Shown here in pieces: positions 28,481 through 41,600 of a DNA stretch of 64,000 nucleotides. Location of the stretch: assembly GCF_009914755.1 (NCBI RefSeq), contig NC_060947.1; one strand, 5' to 3'. Both the position numbers and the translations under genes were made by a program. The first letter of the stretch is position 1. Every line of letters begins with the position of its first letter. The notes under the pieces are model-generated. The model did not search any database and had not been told where the DNA came from. It was given only the letters and a program-made list of their open reading frames with translations. This DNA is from the human T2T-CHM13v2.0 reference genome, Homo sapiens.

Positions 28481-30151
28481 TCACCAAAATCAGAGATAGT
28501 TTAGCATTTCTCTGAGAAGAAAATCAGAGTCAATCCAAAACCTCTCCACCACTATATTTACAATGTTATAGTCCTAACAATCCTCCGGCTGGGGAAGGAA
28601 CAAAGGGCTTAGTCAGTATGTCAGTACTGCCAGCACACCATATCCACCATATGGAGAGAAGTCCAGCTCCTATTCCCTGGGAACCCCCGGCCCACTCTTA
28701 ACCAAGCAGGGCTCCTGGCTCATGAATGAAGAGTGGTCACTCCACCCATGGCTGGGAATACCCACTTGTAGCATCCAAGAGTTTACCTGGAGAGAGGCTC
28801 CCAGAGGCATATGACAGCCCCTCTGCCACTGCCACAGCAACAGTTCTATCCCTGGGCTGCCTTTGCTCTGGGAAAGAAACAAAGAGCCTGAGGGTTACAC
28901 TCGAGCTTATAGCATGTCACATTCACCATATAGAGAGGAGATCAGCCTTTCCTCATGGTGAGCCTTAAACCTTCTACCCAACAAGCAAAACCTTAAGCTC
29001 ACACCAGCAGTGCTGCAGCCCCTTTCCACTGGCTGAACACTCCCAATAACAGAAGCTCTGCTTTTCTCAGAGGTAGAGACCCAGCAGCAACCAAAAGCCC
29101 CTTTGCCACTGCCTCTTCAGTGGAACTGCCCTTGCTACCCTTGGGCTAATGAATGAGCAAAGATGCTAAGTACCTTATTTACACCTTCAACAAGTTGAAG
29201 TCAACCCAATAAATGGAAGCAACTCTATCTCCCATGGGTTCCACTCACCCACTGCTTGTTATGAGGTGAGAAACCCTTGCCTTGTTGCAAGACAAGGAAC
29301 CCCACAGCACATACCCTCCAGCTTGTGCTGATTGCATTGAGTAATTGCTGACCTGCATCTCTCTAGGGTGGTGTCCCCAGAAGACAAGCAAAAGATCCTC
29401 TGCCACAACCACCAGTAAGGTCCCTTCTTATGCTGCCTCTGAGTTGGGGAGGAAATATGAACCCTGAGATCTTTACAGAGTTGCAGTGAGCAGCCCAGAA
29501 GTGTCAAGCTGCAATCTACAGCCAGTACTCAAATAGGGGAGAAGCCCCCACTTTCAGAGCATAGAGAGGGAGCATGGCTGCAGCTGTGAGGAAATATAGG
29601 GGAGACACGACTGAGCAAGAGCCAACCAACTGACAACTATACCTAATTCCCACCTACTGGATTGTGCCCCAAAGCTTCAACACCAAAAATACCTTGCTAA
29701 CATAACCCTTATGTGAAACCAAAGACAAGAAATCACCCAAAAATAAAGACCCTGCACAAAACCTTCAACTTCTGAAAACATCTAGGAAAGAAGTCTATTG
29801 ACTTTACTCAATCTACACTTAAGTTAAAGGAACGCCCACGCACAGATGAGAAATAACCAACACAAGAACTCCAGTAACTATAATGGTCTGAGTGGCTTAT
29901 GTCCTCCAAAAAGCAACAGTAGTTCCCCACTAATGGTTCTTATTCAGACTAAGTTGGCTGAAATGAAAGAAACAGAATTCAGAATATGGATAGAAACAAA
30001 TATCATTGAGATTCAGGAGTATTGCAAAACCCAATCCAAGGAAACTAGGAATCACAATAAAATAATATGGAAAATGAAGATGAAATAGCCAGTATAAAAA
30101 AGAACCTAATGGATCTGATAGAGCTGAAAAACACACTACAAGAACTCCAGA

Positions 30152-30242
30152 GGCGGAGCTTGCAGTGAGCCGAGATGGCGCCACTGCACTCCAACCTGGG
30201 AGACACAGTGAGACTCCGTCTCAAAAAAAAAAAAAAAAAAAA
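30152..30242 (+). mobile_element. 5'-truncated AluY (last ~70 nt plus a pure poly-A tail)
   Basis: AluY-type ggcggagcttgcagtgagccgag; 22-nt A run; perfect 12-bp TSD aagaactccaga at 30140-30151 and 30243-30254. Confidence 0.93.
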
Positions 30243-33200
30243 AAGAACTCCAGAATGCACTTGCAAGTATTAACGGCAGAATAGGTCCAGCTGAGGAAAA
30301 AAATCTCAAACATTGAAAACTGGCTCTCTGAAATAAGATAGTGAAATAAAAATAAAGAGAAAAGAATAAAAATAAATTTAAAAAACTCTGAAATCTATGG
30401 GATTATGTAAAGAGGCCAAATCTGTGAATCTTCGGCATCCCTGAAAGAGATGGGAAGGAAGCAAACAACTTGGAAAACATATTTCAGGATATTGTCCATG
30501 AAAACTTCCACAGCCTGGCAAAAGAAACCAACAGTCAATTTCAGAAAATACACAGAACTCCTGCAGGATTCTATATATATATTTAAAAAACCAGGACACA
30601 TAATCATCAGATTTCTAAAGTCAAAAATTAATGAAAAATTTTAAAGACAGCTAGAGAGAAAGGGAAAGTTTCACACAAATGGACATTGTCAGGCTAACGT
30701 TGGAACTCCCAGCAGAAACCCTATGAGTAAGAAGGGATTAGGAGCCTGTATTGAATGTTCTTAAAAAATTTTTTTCAGTCGAGAATTTTATATCCAGCCA
30801 AACTAAGCTTCTTAAGTAAAAGAGAAATAAGATCTCTTTCAGATAAGCCAATGTTATAGGAATTTGATATCACCAAACCTGCCTTACAAGAGACCCTTGA
30901 AAAGAGCACTAAATATAGAAAGGAAAGATTTACCAATCAAACTTAAGTACACAGACCAGTGAGAGTATAAAGCAACTACACAAACAAGCTGGCATAATAT
31001 CCAGCTAACAACATGATGAAAGGGTCAAATCCACACATATCAACACTAACCTTGAGGTAAATGAGCTAAATGCCCCACTTAAAAGGCACAGAATGGCAAG
31101 TTGCATAAAGAACCAAGACCCAATGGTATTCTGTCTTAAAGGAACCCGTCTCACACCTAATAATATCCATAGCCTCAAACAAAAAGGGATGGAGAAAAAT
31201 ATACCAAGCAAATGGAAATCAGAAAAATGCAGGGGTTGCAATTCTAACTTCAGTCAAAACACTTTCAACCAACAAAATAAAAAAAATACTAAAAGGGACA
31301 TTACATAATATATATGCACGCAACGTGGAAGCACCCAGATTGACAAAATTAATTCTTAGAGACATACAAAGAGACTTATACTCCCACACAATAATAGTGG
31401 GAGACTTCAACACTCCACTGACAGTATTAGACAGATAATAAAGGCAGAAAATGAACAAAGATATTTAGTATGTGAACTCAACATTGAACCAAATGTATCT
31501 GATAGACCTCTACAGTAATCCTCAACCCAAAACAACAAAATATACATTTTCCTCATGAACACATGGCACATACTCTAAAATCGACCACAAAATTGGACAT
31601 AAAACCATCCTAAGTAAATGCAAAAGAATGAAAATCATACGAAACACACTCTTGGACCACAGTAAAATAGAAAAAATAAAAGTTAAGACCCAGATGATTG
31701 CTCAAAACCATGTAATTACATAGTAATTAAACAATGGCTCCAGAATGACTTTCAGAAAAAATATGAAATTAAGGCAGAAATCAAGAAGTTATTTGAAACT
31801 AATGAGAACAAAGCTACAACATACTATAATCTCTAAAACACAGCTAAGACAGTGTTAAGAGGGAAGTTAATGTCACAAAATGCCCACCTCAGAAAGTAAG
31901 AAAGATCATAAATTAACAACCTAACATTACAAGAGATAGAATTAGAGGTAGAATAGCAAACCAACACCAAAGCTAGCCAAAGACAAGAAATACTCAAAAT
32001 CAGAGTTTAACTGAAAGAAATCAAGACATAAAAAACCAATCAAAACATAAACAAATTCAGGAGTTGGTTTTTTGAAACAAATTAATAAAATAAATAGGCC
32101 ACAAGCTAGACTAATAAAAAAAGAGACAACATCCGAATAAACACAATTAGAAATGACAGAGGATGTTACCTCTTACCCTGCGGAAATAAAAATAAACATA
32201 AGTAATTACTATGAACACCTCTATGCACATGAATTAAAAACCCTAGAAGAGATAAATTGTTGGACACAAACACCCTCCCAAGAATAAACCAGGAAAAAAT
32301 TGATTCTCCAAACAAACTGACAATGAACTCTGAAATTGAATCAGTAATAAATAGCCTACCAACCAAAAAAAAAAAAAAAAAAAAAAAAAAGCCCAGGACC
32401 AGATGGATTCAGAGCTGAGTTCTGAAAGATGTTCAATAAAGATTTGGTACTATTCCTACTAAAATGACTCCGAAAAGCAGAAGAGAAGGGACTCCTCCCT
32501 AACTCATCCTATGAGGCCAGCATCATCCTGATACCAAAAGCTGGCAGAGAAAAACAAACAAACAAACAAACAAATGAACAAACAAAAACTTCAGAAAAAG
32601 AAAACTCAAAAAAAAGACAACTTTAGGCCAATACTTTTGATAACATTAATTCAAGAATCCTCAATAAAATACTAGAAAACAAAATCTAGCAGCACATCAA
32701 AAAGTGAATCCATCAAAATCAAGCAGGCTTTATCATTAAAATGCAAGGTTGGTTTAATATATGCAAATCAATAAATGTGATTCATCACATAAACAGAAAT
32801 AAAGACAAAAACCATGTGATTATCTCAATAAATGAAGAAACTGCTTTCAGTGAAATTCAACACCCCTTCACGTAAAAAATTCTCAATAAGCTTGGTATTG
32901 AGGAAACATACTTCAAAATAATAAGTCATCTGTGAAAATCTCACAGCCAACATCATACTTAATTCATTCCCCTTGAAAACCAGCACAAGACAAGGATGCT
33001 TTCCTCTCACCACGCCTATTCAACATAGTATTGGAAGTCCTGGCCAGAGCAATCAGCCAAGAAGAAAAAATACAAGGCATCCAAAATGAAAGAGAAGAAG
33101 TCAAACTAACCCTGTTTTCAGACAACATGATTGTGTATCTAGAAAACTCCATCTTCTTGGCTCAAGAACACTTTTAGCTGACATACAACTTCAGCAAAGT

Positions 33201-35019
33201 TTCAGAATACAAAATTAGCAGCAAAATTGCTAAAATCCTTATATGCTATAACATCCAAGCTGAGAGCCAAATCAGGAATGCAATCTTATTCACAACAGCC
33301 AACAAAACAATGAAATACCTAGAAATACAACTAACCAGAGACGTGAAAAATCTCTCCAATGAGAATTACAAAACACTGATCAAAGAATTCAGAGATAATA
33401 CAAACAAATAAAATGACATTCCATGCTCTTTGATAAAAAAAAATCAGCACTAATAAAATGGCCATACTGCTCAAAGCAAATCACATATTCAATGCTATTT
33501 TTATCAAATTTCCACTTACATTTTACACAGAAGTTGAAAAACCTATTTGAAAACTTATATCAAATAAAAAGCCTGAATAATCAAGGCAATCCTTTGCAAA
33601 AAGAACAAAGCTAGAGGCATCATGTTACCCAACTTCAAACTATGCTACAGGAATACAGTAACCAAAACAGCATGGTACTAATGCAAACACAGACAAAGAC
33701 CAAGAGAAGAGAATAGAAAGCCCAGAAATAAGGCTACACACCTGCAACCATCTGATCTTTGACAAAGCTGACAAAAACAAGAAATGGCAAAAGAATTTCC
33801 TATTTTATAAATGATACTGGGATAACTTCCCAGCTATATGCAGAAGATTGAAACTGGATCTCTTCCTTTCACTATATACAAAAATTAATTCATGAAAGAT
33901 TTCAGACTTAAATGTAAAACCCCAAATTATAAAAATCCTGAAAGACAACTTGGCAATACCATTCTGGACACAGGAACAGGCAAAGATTTTATGAAGAAGA
34001 CACCAAAAACAATTGCAACAAAAGCAAAAAGTAATAAATGAGTTCTAATTAAAACCTTCTGCACAGCAAAAAAAAAAAAAAAATCAACAGAGTAAAAACA
34101 CAACCTACAGAATGGGAGAAAATATTTGCAAACTACGCATCTGACAATGGTCTAATATGTAGCATCCACAGAGAACTTAAACAAATTCACAATAAAAAAA
34201 AATACTAACCCATTCAAAAGTGGGCAAAGGAGATGAAAAAAGTGGGCAAAGGACATGAACACACAGTTTTTAAAAGAAGACATACATGTGGCCAACAAGC
34301 ATATTTTTAAAAAGTTCAATAATACTGATCATTAAAAAAGTGCAACTCAAAACCACAATGAGATACCATCTCACACCAGTCAGGTTGGCTATTATTAAAC
34401 TTCAAAAAATAAAAGATGCTGGCAAGGTTGCAGAGAAAGAGAAACACTTATATACTGTTGGTGAGGGTGTAAATTATTTCAACCGTTGTGGAAGCAGTGT
34501 GATGATTCCTCAAAGAGCTAAAAACTGAACTACCATTTGACCCAGCAATCCCATTACTAAGTGTGTACCCAGGGGAGTATAAATCATTCTAGCATAAAGA
34601 CACATGCAAGTGAACATTCATTGCAGCCTTATTCACAATAGCAAAGACTTGGAATCCGTGTAAATCCCCATCAATGACAGATTGGCTATAGAAAATGTGG
34701 TAATGGAATACTATGCATCCATAAAAAAGAACAAGATGATTTCTTTTGCAGGAATATGGATGAAGCTGCAGGCCATTATTATTAGCAAACTTTTGCAGGA
34801 ACAGAAAACCAAATACAGCATGTTCTCATTTACAAGTGGCAACTAAATGAGGAGAACTCATGGACGCAACAAAGGGAACAATAGACACTGGAGCCTACTT
34901 GAGTGTGGAGCAAGGGAGAAAAGAGTAGAAAAAAAATAACTATTTGGTACTAGGCTTAGTACCTGGGTGACAAAATAAGTTACACAGCAAACCCCCATGA
35001 CACGAGTTGACCTATATAT

Positions 35020-35262
35020 ATATGGTTTAAGATCTCTTGCATAGAATGGTGGCTATAATCAACAATAATTTATTGTATATTTCAAAACAACAAACAGAGT
35101 AAATTTTAAGTAACTAGTCACAAAAATTATAGGTAAGCTAAGTGCTTAATATGTTAGCTTTCTCTAATCATTCCAGTTTGTACACATTTATCAAAACATG
35201 ACTTTCTTTCCTATAAAGGTATACAATTATAACTTGTTTATCAAAATAATAATAACTTTAAA
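35020..35262 (+). mobile_element. L1MA-type 3' end fragment
   Basis: aacaataatttattgtatatttcaaaa...atcattcca...tatcaaaacat...tatacaattat. Confidence 0.7.
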
Positions 35263-35269
35263 AAGAAAT

Positions 35270-36815
35270 AGACAAATCAATCTTTTGGAATCTCCAGGGA
35301 CTCTATAGATCTATAAAAACCTCGAAAAAGAACAAAGTTGGAGTACTCACATTTTCTGATTTCAAACTTACTGCCAAACTACACTAATACAACCAGTGTG
35401 GTACTGGCATAAAGACAAACATATAGGCCGATGGATACAATCGTGAGAAGGAAATAAGCTAAGTAGATTATGATCAAGTAATTTTTGACAATGTTTTCCT
35501 GATGATTCAATAGAGAAAGAGCAGTTTATTCAAATAATGTTCCTGAGAAAACTTATCTACACCTGCAAAGAATGAAGTTGGACCTTGACCTTACACAATA
35601 AAAGAAAACCAAAACAAAAAATTGATCAAAGCCCTAAACACAAAAACTAAAACTGTCAAAGTCTTAGAAGGAATAATTGTGGAAAATTTTCGTGATGCTG
35701 GATTTGGAAAATTTTGTTTTTAGATATAAAACTAAAATCATAGGTAACAAAAGAAACATTAGATAAATTGGACTTCATTAGTACTAAAATCTTATGTACA
35801 TGAAAACTGTCAATAGTGAAAACTCAAACTACAGAATGAGAGAAAATATTTGCAAATCAAATATCTGTTAAGAAATTAATAGTCATAATATATAAACATC
35901 TGTTACAACTCAACAACAACAAAACCCAGGTGAAACGTACAAATATTTGACTATATATTTCGAAGGACTTGAATGAACACTTCTCTAAATGAAATATATT
36001 GCAGCTCAACAAAAACATAAGCAGATGTTAAACATCAGTAATCATTGAGAAAATGCAGATCAAACTCCAAATCGGATCCTACTTTACACCCACTAAGATG
36101 GATACTAACTAAAAAAAAGTATATAACAAATTTTGGCAAAGATGTAGAGAAAGTAGGCCCTTGTGCGTTGTTGATGAAAATGTAAAATAATATAGCCACA
36201 ATGGAAAACTATCTAAGAGCTCCTCAAAAAATAAAAAAAAAATAATTATCATATGATCATAAAGTATAAGTGTATATCTAAAAACATTGAAAACAAGCAT
36301 GAAGAGATATTTTTAAACCCATGTTCATAGCAGCTTTATTCACAATAGACAAAAAAGGTTAGAGCAACAAGTGTCCATCAATGCTTGATTGAATAAATAC
36401 AAGGTGGTATATACATATAATGGAATATTATTCATCCTTACAAGGAGTAACATTCCAAGGCATGCTACAATGTGAATGAACCTTGAAAGAATTATGCTAA
36501 GTAAAAAGAGCCACCAACAAAAGGAAAATATGGTATGATTCCTTGTATTTGAGATTCCTAGAATATTAAAATAAATATAGGTACAAAGTAGAATAGTGGT
36601 TATCAATGGCTGGGAATGGGAGTAGTTTGGAGTTATGGTTTAATGGGCACAAAATTTTAGTTTGAGATGACAAAATTTCAGGAGTTGGGTAGTAGTGATT
36701 ATTATGCAATAACGTGAATGTAGTTAATACAACTAAATTGTATAATTAAAAATGGTTAAAGTGGTAAATTATATATTATTTGCGTATTACCATGATATTT
36801 AAGTCATTAAAAAAT
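35270..36815 (+). mobile_element. L1MB-type ORF2 C-terminus and 3' UTR
   Basis: aaagaacaaagttggagtactcaca, cccatgttcatagcagc, 3' UTR gtttaatgggcaca...aaaaatggttaaa. Confidence 0.8.
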
Positions 36816-36820
36816 GATTA

Positions 36821-38640
36821 GGACTTTTGGGTTCAGTTCAGACAGATAAGAAGTTGAGAACAGAAGCTTTTACTTTTTAACAAGAAATGAAGTAGACAAA
36901 CAAAAAGTTAACTATTTTTCAAGAACCTGCTGTGGTGAAATAGAATATTTTTAGACTTCCTAATTTTTTTGGATAAAGCCTTAGCCTTTGAATAACTATT
37001 TACATATAATGAGACAGGTATCTTGCCATTTGCTAATGTCTATTGTATCGTTTCCAGAGATGACAAAAGAGTTATGTCCTGGACTAGTTATCTAAATTAA
37101 GATTTGAGGTGCTAGAGATTCTGGAGTGGCTATCTTTCTAGATATTTGAATTTCTAGGAAGAATAAACTCTGATCTTTTACACATCTATGGGTCATAAAA
37201 GCTGAGAGACATGGGCCTGTGTGGCTCCTGGAGAGATTTTATTATATACCAGCATATTGGCATAATGAGAAGGTCCTTTCAGGAGGGAATGAAAGCAGCT
37301 ATCCCCTTTCCATTTGTAAGCAGAAAGGAATATTTTTTTCTTATTCATCTATAGAGTGTCTAACTACTGATGTAGGACAATTGACTTGGTGATCATGTCA
37401 CCATAGTGTCCATGAATAGGCAAAAGGCAAGCCAACATACTTATTACATACTGTGAGGTATAGTAAGAAAACTTATCTAATCTAGAACAGCTCATGTGTA
37501 CACTCAGAATAAAATTAATAAACATGAATATTAAAAACTTAATTCTCAGCAGAAAATTGAAGCCAATGGATATGTGACCGTCTCAAAATCCTGAAGGCTC
37601 ATGGAAGAAGACACATGAACCATTTGCTTTCCTGGAGGAAAAAGAAAAAATGTTAACACCATATAAACTGATAGAAACATAAAATTAAAAATAACTATGA
37701 ATTGCTGAAGGCCAAGTACAAGCTAGTTTGTCCGAAGCTGGTGGGGGCCACAGTGGTATTGAGGTTGATGTCCATTTGCAACCTCTTTTTTTTCCCCCCT
37801 AGGAGTTTCAACAGGCTTTCGGGGGAAGAACAGATCAATTGGAAGACAGCTCCCTCTGCTGGTGCTAAGTCGAGAAGGTGGTAAATAGTCACTGTGACAT
37901 CTACATAGGCTTAAGTCCCTTGTGGAAAAAACAAGTTTAATTTTTAGGAGAAAAGGATACCAGCAAAGGCCGTTAGTGAAACGGTATTAAAGTTGAAAGG
38001 AGGAAAATGTCATCAGCACTATAATCTTTGTCTCACTTAAGAAAAAAGGCCTTAATTTGCGGCAGGGAAGTATTTAAATATACAGACTGTAAATATTGGA
38101 GGGTACATTTTTGTGGCTTAGAATGTGAATGGGGGAAAATACAAAATAGGCCTCCGAGAGAGGGAAGATGAAACACTCGAGACACATCCCTGTGAGATAG
38201 AGCTACTGTGCACTCTAAAAGCCAAGGCTTAATTATAACATTAATGAACATCTCTTCAATACATATTACGGACACCATAACAAGGCATGAATATAACAGA
38301 GAACTATCACTGGGAGAGTTGCAAGAGACAGACTCCTTGAAGAAAAGAAAAATAAAGATACAAAGTAAAGAGGGGAAAAAGGGGGTGACAAAAACAAGGT
38401 CACTGAAGAAATTCATAGCAACAATAACAAAAAAATGTAAAATGCAGTTGAACTCTTAGCTAGATAAACATAAATTCCTGCACTATAGTCCTACTTGTCT
38501 CAGTCTTAATTTCCCAATAAAACATGCCCAGCTTTCAACATCAAAAAAAATTATTAGGCATGTTAAAATGTAAGGGAAAACACAGTCTAAAGAGCCAAGA
38601 CTATAATTAAGACAATAATCAGATGTGACATATATTTGTA
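36821..38640 (+). mobile_element. Old L1M4/L1MC-type 5' UTR, interrupted at ~36931-37550
   Basis: Start ggacttttgggttcagttc; pre-ORF1 phrases gagacagactcc...gacaaaaacaaggtcact and catgcccagctttcaaca...aggcatg. Confidence 0.6.
36931..37551 (+). mobile_element. Probable old solo LTR (ERVL class, possibly MER76-like)
   Basis: ~620-bp block with TG...CA ends splitting the L1M 5' UTR; AATAAA motifs near its 3' end; no clear TSD; family uncertain. Confidence 0.45.
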
Positions 38641-41600
38641 ATAAAGTTTGAAGTCAAGCGACATGATGCTTCTAGCTTTCTTCTATGTACTTAGGATTTT
38701 CCTGGCTAGTCAAGCCTTTCTTGATTCCATATGAATCTTAAAATAGTTTTTCCAATTCTGTGAAGAATGTCATCGGTAGTTTGATAGAAATAGCATTGAA
38801 TATGTACATTGCTTTGAGCAGTATGGTAATTTTAATGATATTGATTCTTCCTATCTGTAAACACAAAATGTTTTATATTTCTTTGTGTCGTCCCTGATTT
38901 CTTTGAGTAGTGTTTTGTAATTCTTACTGTTGAGATCTTTAGATATTTTATTCTTCTGGTGGCTAGTGTGAATAGAATTGCATTCCTGATTTGGCTTGTA
39001 GCTTCGAAGTTGTTGGTGTATAGGAATGCTACTGATTTTTGTACATTAATTTTGTATTCTGAAACTTTGCTGAAGTTTTTTATCAGGCCAAGGAGCTTTT
39101 GAGAAGAGACTATAGAGTTTTCCAGTAATAGAATCATGTCATCTGCAAACAGAGATAGTTTGACTTCCTCTCTTCTTATTTGGATATCTTTTATTTCTAT
39201 CTCTGGATTGATTTCTGTGGCCAGGACTTCCAATTCTATGTTGAATAGGAGTGGTAACAGGCTGTCCTTGACTTATGGTGATTTTCAGAAGGGAATGCTT
39301 TCAGCTTTTTCCCATTCAGTATGATATTGGCTGTGGGTTTGTCATAGATGGATCTTACTATGTTGAACTATATTCATTCAATGCCTAGTTTATTGAGGAT
39401 TATTACGTGAAGCATGTTGAATATTATGAAAATCCTTTTCTGCATCTATTGAGATAATCATGTGGTTTTTATTTTGTTCTGTTTATGTAATAAATCACAT
39501 TTATTAATTTACATGTTGAACTAACCTTGCTGCCCACAGATATAGTCTACTTGATCCCAGTGCTTTAGCTTTTTGATGTGCTGCTGTATTCCCAGTATTT
39601 TATTGATAATTTTTGAATCTCTGTTCATTAGGTATACTGCCCTGAGGTTTTCTGCTTTTGTTTTATCTCTGCTAAGTTTTGATATCAGAATGACTCTGGC
39701 CTCATAGAAAGAGTTGGGAAGGATTTCCTTCTCCTCAATTTTTTTGAATAGTTTCAGTAGAAAGAATATCAGCTCATCTTTATACATCTTGTAGAATTAA
39801 GCTGTGAATCTGTTTGCTCTTGAGCCTTTGTGGCTGGTAGGCTTTTTATCACTCTTTCAATTTTGGAGCTCATTGCTGGTTTGTTCAGGGATTTGATTTC
39901 TTCCTGGTTTACTCTTGGGAGGTGGTATGTTTCCAGGAATCTGTTTTTCTAGGTATTCTAGTTCATGTGCATAGAGGTGTTTGCAGTCGTTTCTGAAGGT
40001 TTTATTACATTTCTTTGGGGACAGTGCTAATGTCCCTTTTGTCTTTTCTAATTGTGCTTACTTGGATTCTGTCTCTTTTTTATGTGTCCAGCTAGTTGTC
40101 TATCTTGTTATTTTTTTTAAATAACCAACTCCTGGATTTATTGTTCTTATGTATATTTTGTGTGTCTCTGTTTTTTTTCTTTTAGTTCCGTTCTAATTCG
40201 TTTATTTCCTCTTTTCTACTAGCTTTGTAATTGGTTTGTTCTTGTTTCTCTAGTTTCTGTCATTGTGATACTATGTTGTTAATTGGAGTCCTTTCTTTAT
40301 GATGTGAACATTTAGTGCTATAAATTTCTCTTAAGACTACTTTAGCTGTCTCTGAAATACTCTGGTATTTTGTATCTTTGTTCTCACTAGTTTTAAAGAA
40401 TTTCATAAATTTTTCCTAATTTCTTTATTTACTAAATGTCATTCAGGAGCCAGTTATTTAATTTCCAAGTTATCGCATGGTTTTGAGAGATTTTTAAGTA
40501 TTGATTTTTATTTTTATTGCACTGTGGTTTGACAGTGTGCTTGGTATAATTTCAGTGTTTATTTTTTAATTTGCTAGGGATTGTTTTATGTCTGATTTGT
40601 GATTGATCTTACAGTAGCTGCCATGTTGCAAAGAAAAAAATGTACATCCTGTTGCTTTTGGGTGGAGAGTTCTGTATATTTCTATGTGATTGGGTCCATG
40701 TGGATATTTAGGACTTCAACTGAGCACTGGAACAGGTTCATGTGATCCAGTGCTCAGTTGGAGTCCTGAATATCTTTGTTAATTTTCTGTCTGTATGACC
40801 TGTCTAATACTGTCAGTGGGGTGACAAAGTCTCTCACTATTATTGTGCTGGAATCTAAGTCTCTTTGTAGGTGTCTAAAAATTGCTTTCTGAATATAAAT
40901 AAACACGCACTTTATGAGTAGGTGTTGGATCCATATATATTGAGGATAGTTAGGTCTTCTTGTGAAATTAAATCTTTTACCATTATGTAATGCTTTTTTT
41001 CATTTTTAATTTTTGTTGGTGTAAAGTCCGTTTTGTCTGAAATTAGGATTGTAACTCCTCCTTTTTTCTGTTTTCCATTTGCTTGCTAGGTTTCTCTCTA
41101 TTTGTTTATTTTGAGTCTATGGGGGTCACTGAATGTGAGATGACAATCTTGAAGACAGCATGCTATTGGTTCTTGCTACTTTATCCAGCTTACCACTCTG
41201 TGCCTTTTAATTGGAGTACTTAGCCCATTTACATTCAAGGTTAGTAATGATATGTGCAGAATTGTTCCTGTCATCACGTTGTTAACTGGTTATTATGTAG
41301 ACTTACTTTTGTGGTTGCTTTATAGTGTCACTGATCTGTGTATATAAGCGTGTTTTTGTAGTGGCCAGTAATAGTCTTTTCTTTGCATATTTAGCATTCC
41401 TTTTAGGACCTCTCATAAGTCAGATCTCGTGGTAATAAATTCCTTAGCATTTTCTTTTCTGAAAAGGATTTTGTTTCTTCTCCATTTATAAAGTTTAGTT
41501 TGGCTAGACGTAAAAACATTGATGGCAAATTATTTTCTTTAAGACTGCTGCATGTAGGTCTTCATTATCTTCTGACTTGCAGGGTTTATGCTGATAAGTC

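Larger units (their letters stand above)
26815..35017 (+). mobile_element. Near full-length L1PREC2/L1PA15-like element with a ~3-kb 5' UTR
   Basis: 5' end ggccacaatggctgactaaaag. ORF1 from 29846 (MRNNQHKNSSNY), ORF2 from ~31013. 3' UTR aaaataactatttggtactaggcttagtacctgggtga. The last ~45 nt and poly-A are absent. Confidence 0.88.

Noticed and set aside
32365-32390. Long poly-A run suggesting a retrocopy tail
   Set aside because: Expansion of the A-run native to L1 ORF2 (accaaaa...gcccaggacc); no TSD or inserted body
34216-34259. 22-bp tandem duplication (similar ones at 43825-43868 and ~42885-42920)
   Set aside because: Ordinary slippage duplications within L1 sequence
37552-38430. Apparently unique, CpG-retaining sequence
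   Set aside because: On closer reading it matches an old L1M4/L1MC-type 5' UTR leading into the pre-ORF1 region; ORFs 38033..38416 and 38208..38459 are compositional
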